The notes beneath the pieces were generated by a model. The model had not been told where the DNA came from and searched no databases. It saw only the letters and a list, made by a program, of their open reading frames with translations. A stretch of DNA of 63,576 bases, filler included, from Folioceros fuciformis (lineage: Eukaryota): NCBI GenBank assembly GCA_049999805.1. It is 9 parts of 9 records of this genome, joined end to end, with 100 filler letters (N's around TTAATTAATTAA, not from the genome) between each part and the next. Parts side by side here need not be neighbours in the genome. Positions count along the whole stretch, not along the records: positions 59,987 to 61,340 come from JBNGIO010001457.1; positions 61,441 to 63,576 come from JBNGIO010001465.1; 7 more parts are not named here. One strand, given 5' to 3'. The position numbers and the translations under genes were made by a program. How positions within the stretch are numbered: position 1 is the stretch's first letter; the number at the start of each line of letters is the position of its first letter. Below, piece after piece: positions 60,722-63,576 of the stretch.

Positions 60722-61340
60722 TGTGACCTCTGTTTCTCCTCCTCCTTGCCTCCTCCTCTGTTCTCCTTCACCATGTCGCTCCTAGAGCGTTCCTTCACTT
60801 CTCCCTCGCTGCGACACCTTCACTCCCCCCCTGAATCTGCTGACCCTCTTTCGTTGGTAAGCCAGATTAACAAACTTTTCATCAACATACATACACGCTG
60901 AACATACCGCCCTTCACAATGTGTCAACCGCTACACACATCAGACAAAACCATTGCCCATCTGGCACTGCTTCTAGTGGAGGCTCTAAACAAAAGGTATG
61001 CCACCCATCATTGTATCTATCACACAACAACATGCAATGATCACCTCCAGAATCTCCACAACCTCTACAAGCAAATCCCTTCCTCGGCACAAAAGCTTGC
61101 TTATCAATTATCGGATTCAAGTGAGGTAAATGACATGGTGCACAATTTTTCATGTGTTTCAAACAAGTTGTACCATCCTTTCCCTCCAACTCCAAGATTC
61201 TATTCAACTTCACACTTCTCACCCTTAATATTATCCTACTCGCACTTATATCAATTGTAGTCATTGTCTTCCTCTGCAAATATACATAATCTCTAGCGTA
61301 AATAGGATCGACAGGCTAGCGTAGGAAAGAAGCATAAATG
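60722..61340 (-). mobile_element. Retrotransposon 3' end encoding a C-terminal PHD finger, then PPT and a short LTR
   Basis: ORF ends ...CRGC...MLLCDRYNDGWHTFCLEPPLEAVPDGQWFCLMC (PHD). The stop (60916-60914) overlaps purine-rich GAAGGGCGGTA. TG at 60904 opens a putative ~183-bp LTR ending CA at 60722. Confidence 0.8.
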
Positions 61341-61440
61341 NNNNNNNNNNNNNNNNNNNNNNNNNNNNNNNNNNNNNNNNNNNNTTAATTAATTAANNNN
61401 NNNNNNNNNNNNNNNNNNNNNNNNNNNNNNNNNNNNNNNN

Positions 61441-63000
61441 GAGAGATTATCCTGACCTTCTCCATGTCCACTTGCAATCCCCTAGCTGAAATGAGCCAAA
61501 AGGATACCCTCCAGCATCCCAAAGAAACATTGGTCTGGTTGTAGCTTGAAACTTGTGTCCCTACACCGCTGCAAACAACTCCTCAAATGTCCCCTTCTCC
61601 CAAAAACACAAAAGTCATCCAAAAAGACCTCCATAAATTTTCTAAGGTAGACCTTGAAAATGGTATTCACTATCCTTTGGAAAGTTGCTGGGGCATTACA
61701 CAGCCCAAATGGCAACTTGGCATAAGCAAAGGTACCCCAATCTGTCGTGAAAGTAGTCTTGTCTCTATCCTCCAGCCTTAGTGAAATCTGGTTGTACCAT
61801 GAGTATCCATCTAAGAAGCTATACATCTCATGGCCAGCGACCGTATCCAACACACTATCCATGAATGGAAGTGGGTGATGGTCCTTCTTGGTGGCTTCAT
61901 TAAGCTTCCTAAAATCTTGACAAACCCTCACCTTCCCTGGCTATTTCTTAGGTACTACCACAATAGGTACCACCCACTCACTTGTCAGAACTGGATAGAT
62001 CACCCCAGCCTCTAGGTACTGGTCTAGTTGCTCCTTCACTAGCATGGAGTATTTGGGGTTGAGCCTATACTGCTTTACCCGGACATGTGTGCTACCCTCC
62101 TTCATATCTATCCGGTGAACTCCCAACTCCTCGGGGATTCCCGTCATATTTGTCACCTTGAAGGCAAAAACATCTATGTACTCTATGAGCAATGCCTTCA
62201 GTTTCTCCTTCTCCTCTACTGACAAATGTTTGGATATCTTAACATGTTTCCCTTCTGCCAGCACTAGATCTTCCACCGCGTCAGGATCCACATACCCCCC
62301 TTCTAGACTACTCGCTACACTTACTCCTAACCCCTCGTCAGGAAAGTCATAATCATAGGCCTTGCCCTTCCAAAAGGCAGAGCCTTCCCTATGTACCTCA
62401 TCCTCTTCAAAACTCTCATCCGACTCCTAGTGAGTATGGTAACAAGAGACCTCCTCATCTGTCAGCACCATCTATATAGATGTCCCCAACTTGTTGTAAA
62501 CTTCAGCACCACTTGCTGATGAAGTCCCGCTTCTATGCATGTACCCTGGAGAATAGGGATCAATCTCCCCTCCATATGGCATCCTACTCCAGGTCACAAA
62601 CACTTTTCCGACATATCCTCCCCGTCTTGACTTAAAGGTTACACCCTTCCTTTCAAAATCAAACACACAACCTGCCCCATACAACCAAGGCCTTCCCAAC
62701 AGCACCTTGTATCCCAAGTATGAAACATGCTTCATGACAATGTAGGTTAACCTAAAAGCAATTCCTCCTATTACCGTTGGCACGCTCCTCAACACTCCCA
62801 ACGGCTTCCTTTTGGTTTGATCTACCATTCTCAAGTAGACCTTTACAGGACTGAACTCTGTAAACCCCAACTTATAAGCTGTGTCTTCCGTCATGAGGTT
62901 TACTCCCGACCCTATGTCAAGTGGCACATTGTGGAGGCAAAACCCCGGGCACTGATTGCCAATGGGTTCCACCTTTAGTGGCCACACTTATCCCACTGTC
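61441..63000 (-). mobile_element. Decayed Ty3/gypsy pol: aspartic protease + reverse transcriptase
   Basis: Protease VPLDIGSGVNLM and VLLGRPWL. RT VKQYRLNP, EWVVPIVVVPKK, RVCQDFRKLNEATKKDHHPLP, SFLDGYSWYNQI, LPFGLCNAPATFQR and VFLDDF. Frameshifts and stops are present. Confidence 0.95.
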
Positions 63001-63576
63001 GTTGAGACATTGGGTTTCGTTCCCACGAAGGAGCGATGGGGTTCCTTGCTGCTGTGGATGGAGGGTCGGACTTGATCGACTCGATGATGGATTCGAGGGC
63101 TCCCCTCCAGCTCCGATCAGGCGTAGGTCAGGCCTCGCTATCCGGCGGTCAGCTGCACCTCTCTCGGTGCCCACAAACTCACTCCAGTCACTACAACGAC
63201 TCTAACCTCTCAGATCTGCGACTTCCCTCACACACTTCACTCACTCTCTCGCTCTAGCACCAACACCAACAACTACCAGCAACCAGCAACGACACCACTA
63301 CCTTCTACACTTCCCTACGGACTCCTCCTACCCGGCAAGAGTCACTAGACTAACCCCAAACAAAAGGAAGAAGGGAACACACTCCCCTCTTGGATATCTC
63401 CTCCCCACAACCTTACCAGATGCCATGGAACATGGCCGGCCTACAACACTTGACCAAGCAAGGAACAAGAGTGGATAGGTCGAGAGAAAGATACACCCTT
63501 TACAATCAAGAGCTAGGGGCAAGCCCCTACACCCTGGTCATTACACCTTGTGATCCTACCAGACACCATACAACCG

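Overview
Eukaryotic, land-plant nuclear DNA. It is GC-rich and gene-dense, with short (~65-130 nt) GT-AG introns, so it looks bryophyte/hornwort-like; that taxonomic call is inference only. Nine contigs are joined by eight artificial 100-nt linkers (N44-TTAATTAATTAA-N44), so adjacency across the linkers is not guaranteed. The gene-rich left ~52 kb holds a divergent multi-exon CtpA/S41 tail-specific protease, RPS19, UTP18, a DMP/DUF679 membrane protein, a ~1020-aa subfamily-XII bHLH and a giant (~1680 aa) OVATE family protein. It also holds two tail-to-tail plastid acyl carrier protein paralogs, two tandem UMAMIT/WAT1 transporters, SEX4 phosphoglucan phosphatase (with a U12-type intron) and a probable 5' part of a class II KNOX gene. 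The right ~11 kb is a nest of decayed Ty1/copia and Ty3/gypsy LTR retrotransposons, including a gypsy-type 3' end that carries a PHD finger just before the PPT/LTR. No CRISPR array, rRNA or tRNA is supported. No wholly new multi-gene system is evident. The strongest leads are the PHD-finger retroelement, the giant OFP, the atypical CtpA and a related minisatellite upstream of both convergent genes UTP18 and DMP.
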